Assembly: GCF_009914755.1 (NCBI RefSeq)
Contig: NC_060933.1
Direction: 5' to 3' (one strand)
From: the human T2T-CHM13v2.0 reference genome, Homo sapiens
DNA: 64,000 bases
This document shows positions 31,093 to 50,680 of this stretch, piece by piece (position 1 is the first letter of the stretch; every line of letters starts with the position of its first letter). The notes below the pieces were generated by a model. It had not been told where the DNA came from. It saw nothing but the letters and a program-made list of their open reading frames with translations, and did no database searches. The translations under genes and the position numbers were made by a program.

Positions 31093-31323
31093 GTAACTCT
31101 GCCATTTTTTAAAATCCATTTTGATGTTCTGCTCTTAGATAATGAGCTTCAATACAGTCACACCTTCCTGTAAACTGTTCACATGATCATAATTGGCAAT
31201 GACCCTGTATCCTTAGCAATTCACTCTGTCTTAAGATCCCCAACAGACATACAGGGCAGGCTGCACACAATGAAGGAAAAGTCAAATTTACGAACTAGAA
31301 GGTGGACTTCAGAAAGCATCCAG

Positions 31324-31658
31324 GGCCAGGTGCGGTGGCTCACGTATGGAATCCCAGCACTTTGGGAGGCCAAGGCAAGCAGATCGCTTGAACCCAGGAG
31401 TTCGAGACCAGCCCAGGCAACATGGCAAAACCCTATCTCCACAAAAAAAAAAAAAATAAAAAAATACAAAAGTTAGCCAGGCATGGTCGTACGTGCCTGT
31501 AGTCCCAGCTACTCAGGAGGTTGAGATGGGATAATCACCTGAGCCTGAGAAGTCCAGAGAAGTCAAGGCTGCAGTGAACCATGATCACACCACTGCACTC
31601 CAGCCTGGGTGACAGAGTGAGACCTTGTCTCCATAAAAAATAAATAAATAAAATAAAA
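31324..31658 (+). mobile_element. Alu (AluJ-like)
   Basis: TSD aaagcatccag. Confidence 0.88.
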
Positions 31659-31673
31659 AGCATCCAGAACTCA

Positions 31674-32054
<381 letters not shown>

Positions 32055-32693
32055 TCACAGCACATCTGAAGACCCCAACCCCTCCGCCGTCTTCTTTAAG
32101 GTGTCTAGTTCTCTTTTTAATGTCCATCATTTTAAATATCCTGTTATCTTTCACCCATGTCTTGGTGCCAAATCAGCTGCAGTGCCTGCTTTCCCTGCGT
32201 GGTTTCTGATTTTTCAAAGAGTTTGTCTTCCAGCAGGGGTTCTCCTCAGTGGGCAGCCAGCATGCCCTGGCTCATGGAAATGTCCCTGCACAGCCAAGCT
32301 GTGCTTTATCCCTGCCAGGGACCATGAGTTTCACTAGTTCTAGACTACTTGTTGCACTAACATTCAACCAGTATTCCCACGCCACATGGGTGATACACAT
32401 CTCAACCTCCCTCTGATCCACCGTGTACCCAAGAGCTGCATTTCCTCCTTAAAGAGCTTCTCCTCCACATCCCCAGAGCCAAGGGCATCTGTCAGGCCTC
32501 CTCAGTTCACTCCTGGGCAGTAGGTGGAGTTTTCTAGTCCTCTTCCCAAAAGGTCCCAGTCACAGCTCCTGACAGCACATAGGCCCAGGGCCAAACGAAC
32601 ATGGAAACTCAGGCCCAAGGGGCCCCAGGGCACCTACCTGTCCTCCACTCATGAGTTTTCACTCAATGACAGAGACCGTCTCCTGGTACCTGA

Positions 32694-33004
<311 letters not shown>

Positions 33005-33579
33005 TGTTCCTTTAAGTGCAGCTATATATTTGTGAAACTATTTTATCTAAGAAACTATATTTTCTAGCATTTTTACGCCCAGTAGGAACAAGATCAATGC
33101 CAGCTCAATCCACCCAGCACCTGAAGTCTGACACAAATGTTTCCATATTAGTTTGGGGGGCACCTCTTGGCCTTGTATCTGCCTACTTCAGAATGAATGG
33201 GGCTTAGCAAAACCTAAATCAGAATTCATGCTCCCCCAGCCCCTGTCCAGACACCCACTGTCGTGCTGGTGACAGTCACTCTCTCTCTCTCCTCGTTGTT
33301 AGGGTGTAAACACCTGGAGGGAGATACACTGTCATCGGAACGTCCCCAACACGAAGCGTGTGGCAGTTGTTCATAAATGGTTCATAAACAGATTCAATTT
33401 TGCATTAATTTTCCCATCCTCAAACTAAGTTCTAGGTGATTTAAATCAATTGAGGAAGGATTTACAAAAGCTACCCATTCTGAGACATAGATAAAGTCAC
33501 AAATACTTTCACACATTACTCAGATACTTTGAAGTACCATTTCTCTCTCCCTCTCCACCACCCCCCGCCCACCCCACCC

Positions 33580-33656
33580 CGGGCTAAGGTGATCCTCTCA
33601 CCTTAGCCTCCCGAGTGGCTGGGACCACAGGCGTGTGCCACCACACCCAGCTAATT
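33580..33656 (-). mobile_element. Alu fragment
   Basis: gtgatcctctcaccttagcctcccgagtggctgggaccacagg. Confidence 0.75.
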
Positions 33657-33867
33657 TCAAAGTGCAGTTTTGTCATCAGATAAAATGCAGGTTAAGTATG
33701 AGCACATCATCCCCCAATTTTTTCATCTATAGGCTAACATCCCAATTTATATTAAGGATTCCATTTTCTTTCTCTTTTTTTTTTTTAATATATATGTGGA
33801 TCAATGTACACTATAATTTTCCTTTAAGCCTTTTCGGATCTGTTTCAGGGAAGCATTCTCCACTCAC

Positions 33868-34009
33868 CATCCAGTTTCATCTGCTCTGGGCAATAATAGT
33901 GAATCACAGCTAAGAGAGCAGCACCATCACTGCCGTCTCTCATCAAATCCTCCAACAACGGGAAGTAGGGTGACTGCCTAGCAGAAAGGTGCTCTCGTCG
34001 ATAGCGGAC
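33868..34009 (-). CDS. CAMSAP1: CAMSAP1 coding exon 5 (142 nt, phase 0 to 1), calponin-homology domain
   Basis: caactacag|GTCCGCTAT ... CTGGATG|gtgagt. Encodes VRYRREHLSARQSPYFPLLEDLMRDGSDGAALLAVIHYYCPEQMKLD. Confidence 0.97.
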
Positions 34010-35188
34010 CTGTAGTTGATAAAAGGAAAACGGTCTCTGCATGTGATGTCTCTTCACTACCATATATGTTACAGGCACACTGTTAGATCGAGAATTAACA
34101 TAACGCCTAACAGACAACATGGAGAACAATTGCAATCATCTAGAAAGAGTTAGAAACGTCTGGATTACGTACTTTGCCTGGAACATATATGTCAAGATCC
34201 AAGGAGCTGGGCTTCATGGCTACACTGGGTAACAGCAACTACTTGCTAGCAATACCAGAGCCAGTCTACTCTAAACTGACCTGGAAGCAGAGGCTGCCAC
34301 TAGTGCAGGCACACACGGGAAAGGACACAGAACACACACCTACACTACCGAAAGCCGACGTACTAGACACTAACGAGAAACAAGTTAAATGGTGAACATC
34401 CTGACGCTCAGAAGACCCAAGTTACTGTTACTTTTCTGAGTAATATCACTAGCCTCAGTCATTAAGAAAAACACAAAACAGCATGAATATTTAGTTTGAG
34501 AAATTTCAGAAGCCAGGTTAGACAAAATTTCTCATAACACAACCACCACCACTCTATTAACGGCAATGAAGCATCAGGAGGCGAAATCCATGCAAGGTGC
34601 TCCAGAAGACAAGTGTCTGCTCAAGGATTCCATGTTTCTGCATTTACAGAAAGCCACACGTGTGGCCTTCTGCACTCCATCAAACCCTCAGATCTGCCCC
34701 TGTATCTGCATGTCAGCGAACAAGAGCACAGACACAGGCCACTGAGGGCAGGACACTCAGCCCCAGCCCCACTGCCAAACAGCCTGCAGTACACTGGTGT
34801 TTTCTGCATTAACAGCCACGATACAGCTTTAAAATATGGCATTTCTTGCCAACCACATTTTCTCCACAGGAGGAAAATACACGATACAAACTAGAGGAAG
34901 AAAACCAGCAATCTACAATAAAAAATGACTGATTTCTGAGAGTCATGCAGCTGAATCAACTTGAGGAGAAATTGTCTAAAATCAAGAATTTCAGGTTGTT
35001 ATGTCAATAAGTACATCATGTAGAATAATCAATACTGATGTTTAGCAAAAAACATTTGTAACACATTCTCTTAAATTTAGCAATAAGGCTTATTTTATGT
35101 CAATAAAATCTATTTCAGCACACACTTTAACTTGTTTCTCGGGAGCCCACGGCACACACTACAAAACGTGACCCGCCTCATACTGTAC

Positions 35189-35248
35189 CACGCGTGCAAA
35201 CTCCACGGGTTCCAGCATGCAGTGCACCACAGCATGCGCCAGGCCAGG
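35189..35248 (-). CDS. CAMSAP1: CAMSAP1 alternative 60-nt cassette exon (PGLAHAVVHCMLEPVEFARV)
   Basis: ctgtgtggaag|CCTGGCCTG ... GCACGCGTG|gtacag. Phase 0-0, stop-free; resembles the insert recalled in mouse Camsap1 (PGLEHAVMHCMLEPVDFARV). Confidence 0.72.
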
Positions 35249-36732
35249 CTTCCACACAGACAGCAGACACGTGAGGGGGGAACACAGGCATGCGGGAAAG
35301 CACATGGTTTCTTGATTAAAGATGGATGGGGTGGGCTTAAGGTCAGGTGAAACACTCCGGAACTACAAGAGTCCAGGAACTTGTATAGCTGCCTTGCAAA
35401 TCAGGTGCTGTGAACCTCTAGGCTGTACAGTGTTGAGGTTAGACCTCTAAATCTGTCCGTCTTTCCCAGGCCTTTCCACACTTCTCCTCACTGACCTATT
35501 TACTGAACACTGGGGTCGGAAAGTTAGGGTTATGAACTATCTAATAAAAAAGCATTAAGGGACCCACCACCCTTGGTAACATGTTTCTGTTTTTATAAAA
35601 CTCTCATGTGACCTCACTTCCTGCAGGACAGACGAAGTCTGTGAGCCCTTGACTAAATCACGTAAGTGCTTTGATATTTAGCTCTTCAGTCTTCAGGATT
35701 CAAAAAGTTAAAAGATCTATATTGATTTAGAATGCTTTCCTCTTTCTTCTTATTAATATATTTCAAGAGAGGCAAAATGATCTGTGAGCTCTGCAGCAGA
35801 ATCTACCGCTGCTCAAAGGAGCCCTGTATCCCAGCTTACTCCCGCTGCTATCGCCTCGAGGATGGACTTCAAAGGAAAATAGGGGCCCAATAATGACACT
35901 GAAGGACACAGGCAGTTAATGGAGTATGCATAAAGCCCTCTGCAAGATCTCCATCCAAAAGTTCCCGAGAAAGGCACCACTGGCACCAAGTACTCTCTCC
36001 CCAGGGGCCTGGTAACAAACTGGCTCCGCTTCCAGAATGGGCCACCAGGTGGAGCACAACTAGGGTTGGAAAACCAAATGCTGTTTTCACCTTTCTTTTT
36101 ATGTGAAAATTCACACTTAACTCCAGAAAGCCTGTGGCCAGGCTGACCTAACTCAGACCCTTGCCTGGGAATAAGGAAACGCCCCTTCCCCACTCCATGC
36201 AGGCCGAGGCAGCAGGAATGGCTGCAACACCCGAGGAGGAGAACAGAGGAATCTGACATGCTGGTGAGAGCCCCTCTCTGCAGCCCTCCAGCCCTAGTCC
36301 ACCAGGTGCATCACCCGCATACCTGGACCACCCAGCTGATGGCTCCTAACAGATGTCACATTACATACCACAGTCAGGCAAGGTAACATCAGAAAGAACA
36401 AAATATACAGAGTAACTTGGGCAACTAGACCACTTCTCATTCCCTCTGTATCTATCACAAAAATGCCCTCTCATTACGTGCACGTTGATCACTTAAAGAA
36501 GTAACTAGGAAACTGGGCGAAATGTAACTTAAGAGTTCCAAAGTGCCATATTACAAGGCCTATTCGGCTCAGAATCAGGCCAATTCTTGTACTATATAAA
36601 TAACTCCAAGGTGGGACATTTAAACAACAACAACAAAAAAACAGTTTTGGGTGCGAGCAGTTTTTAATGGAAGCAAGTGATCGCGACAGGATGGCTCTGT
36701 AGATGGCAGCTGGCGGCTTGGGGTTCACTTAC

Positions 36733-36765
36733 AGGCACTAACTTCCAATACCACTTGGAGGGAGA
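36733..36765 (-). CDS. CAMSAP1: CAMSAP1 alternative 33-nt microexon (SPSKWYWKLVP)
   Basis: Long polypyrimidine tract ending cttcctgagcag|TCTCCCTCCAAGTGGTATTGGAAGTTAGTGCCT|gtaagt. Phase 0-0; a similar peptide is recalled in CAMSAP paralog isoforms. Confidence 0.88.
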
Positions 36766-37856
36766 CTGCTCAGGAAGCGAGAGAAGGAAGGCAGGAGAGG
36801 AGCATCAGCAGAGCAGGTCCACGTGTGGACGAGGTAACACACACTTCCCCACGGCGTTTACACGGCAGAGGCGGGAGAGCCTCTGGTAAGCAAAGTCTTC
36901 TAAGTGTACGTGGCCATAGTCATGTTGTATTAGCAGATGATTAAAGTGGAAGATCACGAGTCACCTCCACAACACTATTCTTTGCAGTAGCAAAGAAAAC
37001 TTCGGAAACTTGGTATGGGCTGGGTACCAAAAGGCAAGAAGTCAGCTCTGACGCGGGAAGGGTCTAGTGCTTAGTCTGTACCCATGTGTTAAACATGACC
37101 ATCTGAGGAACAGGGAGGAAGCTCAATGCTTAAGATCCAGATGAGGGAGGCATACCAGGCGGCCTGACTCACCCACCCACCCAGCTAACAAATGCATGGC
37201 CAGGGGCTGGTGCCACTGGAGGGGGAAGAAGGAACAGGGGAAGGCAGCACACTGCCCTTCAAAGGCGAGACCTTATAGATGGTCGGGCTGCATCTTGTGT
37301 GCACTGAACTGAGTGAATTCAGTCACACATGTGCTTGCAAAAGAGAAAATAACGTCAGAGGAAGAAAAAGGCTAATGGCTGGAAGGTGCAGCCCAGCCAT
37401 CGTGCTACTTCAGTAGGCACGTAGGGTTCATCCAGCAGAATCATGGCACAGGCACACAGGTACACCACCAGCTACGCTGTACCTCATGAGCCACTTAAGG
37501 ACTTTTCGAGGGCATCTTTAGCAACAGGCAATTTCCCCCTTGTTTGTTGACTTGTGGAAGCTAGCACCCAGGTGGGCCCTACGTCCCTCACTCAAGCTTC
37601 CCAATTCCCCCAAATACCCTCACGCACCATAAAGTGCAATACAAAACACCCCTTCCCAGGAGAGGCGGGGCAGGCTGCCGTGGTCACATCTCACTGAGGT
37701 GTGGAGAATCAGCCCACCAGGTGAATCCAAGAGACTAGCTGCTTCTTTGGTGAGTAAAAATAGAGAATAAGCAAATAGTGGGAACTAACAGAATTCTTTA
37801 AAATTGGGACCAACATTAACTTAGTGCATTCCAGAAAAATTAAATTTACCCTTTAC

Positions 37857-37937
37857 CTTTTGATGAGCTGGACTTTCCAATAACTGTTGTTTTAATTTAA
37901 CTTCTTTCTCTGTTATCTCTCTCATTTTAAGATTTAC
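37857..37937 (-). CDS. CAMSAP1: CAMSAP1 coding exon 4 (81 nt, phase 0-0)
   Basis: tctactttag|GTAAATCTT ... CATCAAAAG|gtaaag. Encodes VNLKMREITEKEVKLKQQLLESPAHQK; too short for the ORF track. Confidence 0.95.
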
Positions 37938-38763
37938 CTAAAGTAGAAGAGAAATGCATTAAAGAGGTAATTGCTGTCCCGCACAATTGTATCTCCACAA
38001 TTATCCCCCAGAGACCCCCACTTCACCTGATTCACCTCTGACTCCTAGACATAGGTATTGTTTAGGCCAATTACACAGATACAGAAGTACACGGATTCCA
38101 CATGATCCACAACAAGGTCCGCCTGCTACCACCAGGAAACCACCTGCCCCCGACCCCCACCCCAATGCCAGCGCAGTGCTCCCCCGTCACTGCGGGGCAG
38201 AGTCACTACATCTTGGCAGTGGTCACTCACCACACAAGTACTGTCAAACAGCTAAGCTTCTCCAACACCAACAGCAAATGCCACTTACAAAACAATCTGG
38301 TGGAGACACCTCACTAAAGAGCCTAACTTGTGACAGGATGGGTCACACATCCCAGACCATGCAAAAATCATACCAAACCAAATCTAATTATAAAAGTTTA
38401 ACTATACACCCCTTAAAAATTAATTCAACTTCTTAGAAATTTAAGTATTCTCTCCTGTAATTACTAACTCAATATCAAAATTGCAATCATAAAGTATGGA
38501 GAAAAACACTCAGCAGTGCTTAAAGGGGCTAGGTAAAAGCCATGATCAGACAAAAAGACACAGAGCTGAATGCTTCGTCATCAAACAACACAGACAAAGG
38601 AGTCCACCATGCACATCAAATCAGGAGTACGAAAAACTGTTTTTAAAAATAAAGACAAAAAAAATATAGATAATGTAAAATTCAATCAATGAGAAAGTAG
38701 AAGAAAGGATATTTAAATCCACAACCAAGTTTTGTATGCATGATTAAAAGAGTCCTTTGCAAA

Positions 38764-38899
38764 GGACGAGTGTGGCAGCTCACACGTATCATCCCAGCCA
38801 CTTGGAAGGCTGAGGCACGAAGATCACTTGAGTCCAAAAACCGCACGCCAGCCTAGGCAACACAGCAAGACCCCCCTCTTTTTTTTTTTTAAAAAAAAA
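38764..38899 (+). mobile_element. Alu monomer (FLAM-like)
   Basis: Degenerate single arm plus T/A run. Confidence 0.7.
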
Positions 38900-40009
38900 G
38901 TCTGTAAAGCTAATCAAGAAAATGAATGAAAATACCAATACATAACATGAAACAGTCATATTTTTGGAGGAAAGTCGAAGCCACTAAAAAAGCACCACGT
39001 AAAAACACATCCTTCTTAAAATGTAAATTAATTTGAAATTTTTAATGAAACTAACATTTTAAAGGAAAATATAAATTACCAAAAAATCAAGAAGACTAAA
39101 CAGAGTAAATCAAACATTTGCTTGTAACTCTGATCCCTGTGAAAATAATACAGAAAAGATAATTTAAAAGCTGAAAATCCACAGGACAAACAAGGCAAGA
39201 GGGGAACCCTGTAAGCAAGGGAAACCTACACAGAGCAGAGCCAGTGCAGCCCCAGTGCTGGAGAAGAGATGCCAGGCAGGGGCCCTGCAAACAACCCCAA
39301 GACGCCTCCCATCCTCAGACCAGAGACAAGGCTGCAGACAAGACAACGGTTGAAAGTCAGTGTCTTAAAAAGTTGGAGCAAGAACCCAGTCCCACCTCAT
39401 CCCACAAAGTAACCCCAGCAGCATAACAGAATGGAGCCATATTTTCACCTGAAAGAAAATTCAGTCAACCTAAAATTTTATATCCAGCCGTATATTTGGA
39501 AAATGAAAGCAAAATGTCTTTTTCAGAAAAAAAAAACAAAAAAGCTGAGAGAATTCAGTAGAACTGCTTGTAAAAAAAAAAAATGCTAAAAGAAGTTTTT
39601 TAGGCTGAAGAAAACGATACAGATGGAAAATATTTTATTAAATCTCTACCTTATAGTACAACTTCTTTTGTATTCCATGACCACATGGTCAGCAGGCACA
39701 AAGCACCTCTCCTGTGGTCCAAATGACATCAGTGACCTCGGGACATGCACCTGTGCACCTGACTGAGTTACAAGCTGAGCCATTAACAAACCAGTTATTC
39801 ACATTTGCAAACATGTTAAGACATCATCTCAAAACCAAAGAAGTGTTTTTTGTTTTTTTTTAAATGAATGTCTGTCACTAAAAGAAAACTACTTTTTTCC
39901 AGTAATAAAATTTGAATTTCAGAAAAAATTTAAATTTTGGAAAACTTGTTTCTGCCACCAAAAGCTAGATAACTTCCTAACATGTAAAGGCTTTTCTGAT
40001 GAGATTGGC

Positions 40010-40011
<2 letters not shown>

Positions 40012-40040
<29 letters not shown>

Positions 40041-40317
40041 ATGGTGTCTTGCTCTGTCGCCCAGGCTGAAGTGCGGTGGCATGATCTCGGCTCACTGCAA
40101 GCTCCGCCTCCCATGTCTCGCCATTCTCCTGCGTCAGCCTCCTGAATAGTTGGGACTACAGGCGCCCACCACCACGCCTGGCTAATTTTTTGTGTTTTTA
40201 GCAGAGACAGGATTTCACCGTGTTAGCCAGGATGATCTCGATATCCTGACCTCGTGATCCACCTGCCTCAGCCTCCCAAAGTGCTGGGATTACAGGTGTG
40301 AGCCACCACGCCCAGCC
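40012..40317 (-). mobile_element. AluY
   Basis: TSD agattggcaat. Confidence 0.9.
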
Positions 40318-40529
40318 AAGATTGGCAATATCAATGAATGTAAGTTTTGATACTGTGTCATGAAATGTGACAACATTTGGAAGATCTACATAACTCAGTG
40401 AAACAATTTTCCGAATGACCAAAGCATGAAGCTGCAAAACCCTGGGTGGGTAAAAGGTCCAGGAAGAATGCAAGAACTAGAAATGGTTACTATATAGTAA
40501 TAACAGAGTATAAAAACTCACTGATCTAG

Positions 40530-42295
<1,766 letters not shown>

Positions 42296-42572
42296 AACAT
42301 TAATTGATGATAGTTTCAAATTCCACATAATTAATCTTTGAGAAACTATTGTTTGTCAAATTTTGGTGTAATAGCAAAAACAGATTTGCATACTTCTCAG
42401 AAAAGACTGTGAAAATACTATCCCCTCTTCCAATTATATATCTACATGAAGCCAGATTTTGTTCATGAACTTCAATAACAACAACATATTGTGACAGATT
42501 AAATGCAAAAGTAGATAGGAGAATCAGCTATCCTCTAGCAAGCCAGATAGTAAGACACTTGCAAAATTGTAA

Positions 42573-42887
<315 letters not shown>

Positions 42888-43049
42888 CTTCTAATTTGTT
42901 TTGAAAAATAGTCATTTTTCACTAAAACATTGTTAGTATTAACATGAAATCAACTTACTGTTATTTTTAAATAAATATTTTTAAACTTTCTGATTTTTAA
43001 CTTCTAGTATGGCAAACATTGATAGATTAAAATTTTCTTTACAAGTTCA

Positions 43050-48900
<5,851 letters not shown>

Positions 48901-48928
48901 TAAAAAAAAAAAAAAAAAGAAAAAAACA

Positions 48929-49250
48929 GGCCAGGAGTGGTGGCTCACATCTGTAATCCTACCATTTTGGGAGGCCAAGGCAGGAGAATTGCTTGAGCCC
49001 AGTAATTCAAAACTAGCCTGGGCAGTATAGTAAGACCCCATCTCTAATTAAAAAAAATTTTTTTTAATCAGCCAGGCACGGTGGTGCATGCCTGTAGTCC
49101 CAGCTACTCAGGAGGCTGGGGAGGGATAATTGCTTGAGCCTGGGAGGTCAGGCTGCAGTGAGCCGCAATGACACAACTGCACTCCAGCCTGGGCCACAAA
49201 ACGAGACTCTGTCTCCAAAAAAACAAAAAGAGAGAAAGAGACAACAACAA
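48929..49250 (+). mobile_element. Alu (AluJ-like)
   Basis: Dimeric Alu. Confidence 0.87.
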
Positions 49251-49279
49251 CAACTGGCTGGGCATCAATAAAAAATAAA

Positions 49280-50680
49280 AAGAGCCCCTGCAAGGTGATT
49301 CATGGTGAAACTTCAGAGCACCCGGGAAGGAGGAAAACCTGAGTGAGGTCATCTGGGTCACATACAGGATGGGAAACCCGCATGGCAGCAGATTCCTCAG
49401 CCTGGAAGAGAGAAGACAGCTGGGCAACCCCCTCAAGCTGGGGAAAGCGCTTCCATCTAGTTACACAATCACCAGGGAAAGGTGGAGGAAGGCCCCTTCA
49501 GAAGCTGTCTCAGAAATGGTCCCGGAAATGCACAGCATTAGCCTTTCCTCAGACGGCAGGGAGGCTCCTGCACCCAGGTAGGGACCCCGGCCAGGAGGAG
49601 ACGGGTGAGCGGCCTGGAGCAGAGGTGAAGGGAGGGAAAGTCCAGGATGGCAGACATGCAGGTGGCTGGGGCAGCAACCATGCAGGCAGGGGCAGGACAG
49701 AGTCCCAGAGGGATGCCACAGAGGAGGAGAGACTCAGAACATGGCCATTCCCCCACAGATGCTGCAGAGGACGACACAGAGCCAAACCCAAGGAGGGATT
49801 ACCCAGGTGTGGGTGTGAGAAGCTGAAATCTGCACTCAAATGCACCTGCGCACAGCAGGCATCTTGGAAACATGGTATCTATGCCCAAAGGGAATTCAGA
49901 CCTTATGCATCAAAGAATTGATGCTGGAGAAAAAACTCACCCTTATGGAAATCGTACCAACAGCCCCAAGCTTATTAAACATGCAGCAATTTCCAATGGG
50001 GAGAAACCCCACCTGTAGAGTGAAAGCTTTGGGGCACAGCTCGAAGCCAGTGAAGCATCTGAGAACCCACACCGGAGAGGGCCTAGGAACACAGCGCGGG
50101 TGAGAGAGTTTGCTCGGGGAACTCGCACTTCCTACACACCCGGGCATTCACACTGCAAAAGGTGCTTTGGAAGCATTCAGCCGGTATCGCATCCTGCAGT
50201 GAGGACTCGCACCCGGGAGAAAGTCACATAAGGAGAAACCACTAACGTAAGGAACTTAAATTCATATGGAAATGGCAAGAAAACAGTAAAATATGGAAAA
50301 CACTGAATACAAATGTAAATAATGCATGAGAAAAAAGAAAAGGTCATGAAAACTAAACCAAGTATTAACTCCAGGAAAAACAAAGCATAATACAAGGAAA
50401 GGAACATGAGTTGTGAAAATGGGCGCCTGACCACAGGAACATCAAGTCTGACTGTGAACGTGTCCAAAGCTGTCAATGCAACCGCAGGGGAATGAGGAGG
50501 AGGGGAGTGGAGGGCCATGGAAACTGTAATCACTGTAATTGCCATTTGTCACAATCCTACCTCAGTAGATCATGTCCACAAATGAGGAGTCAGGAGCCGG
50601 AAATACAATGTATTTCTTTAAAATACAGAGGTAGAAACGAGAATAGCATGGAAGGAAAATGATGTCTCTGGTTACAAGGA
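49280..50680 (+). mobile_element. HAL1-like (half-L1) remnant, interrupted by a zinc-finger-like relic
   Basis: catggtgaaacttcagagcacc, gggtcacatac, gaaagtccaggatggcag, tattaactccaggaaaaacaaag resemble HAL1. Confidence 0.55.
49860..50235 (+). pseudogene. Decayed C2H2 zinc-finger array relic
   Basis: NSDLMHQRIDAGEK, KLIKHAAISNGEKP, SSKPVKHLRTHTGE, HPGIHTAK, RTRTREK at roughly 60-80 bp spacing, with stops and frameshifts. Confidence 0.65.

Noticed and set aside
34010-34135. In-frame upstream extension of exon 5 (MQLFSMLSV...)
   Set aside because: A canonical acceptor exists at 34009/34010. The upstream AGs with plausible context (extensions of 70 and 97 nt) are out of frame, so this is a chance open frame.
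35560-35720. Possible additional cassette exon between the 33- and 60-nt exons
   Set aside because: Donor- and acceptor-like motifs exist, but I could not define a convincing stop-free, phase-compatible exon.
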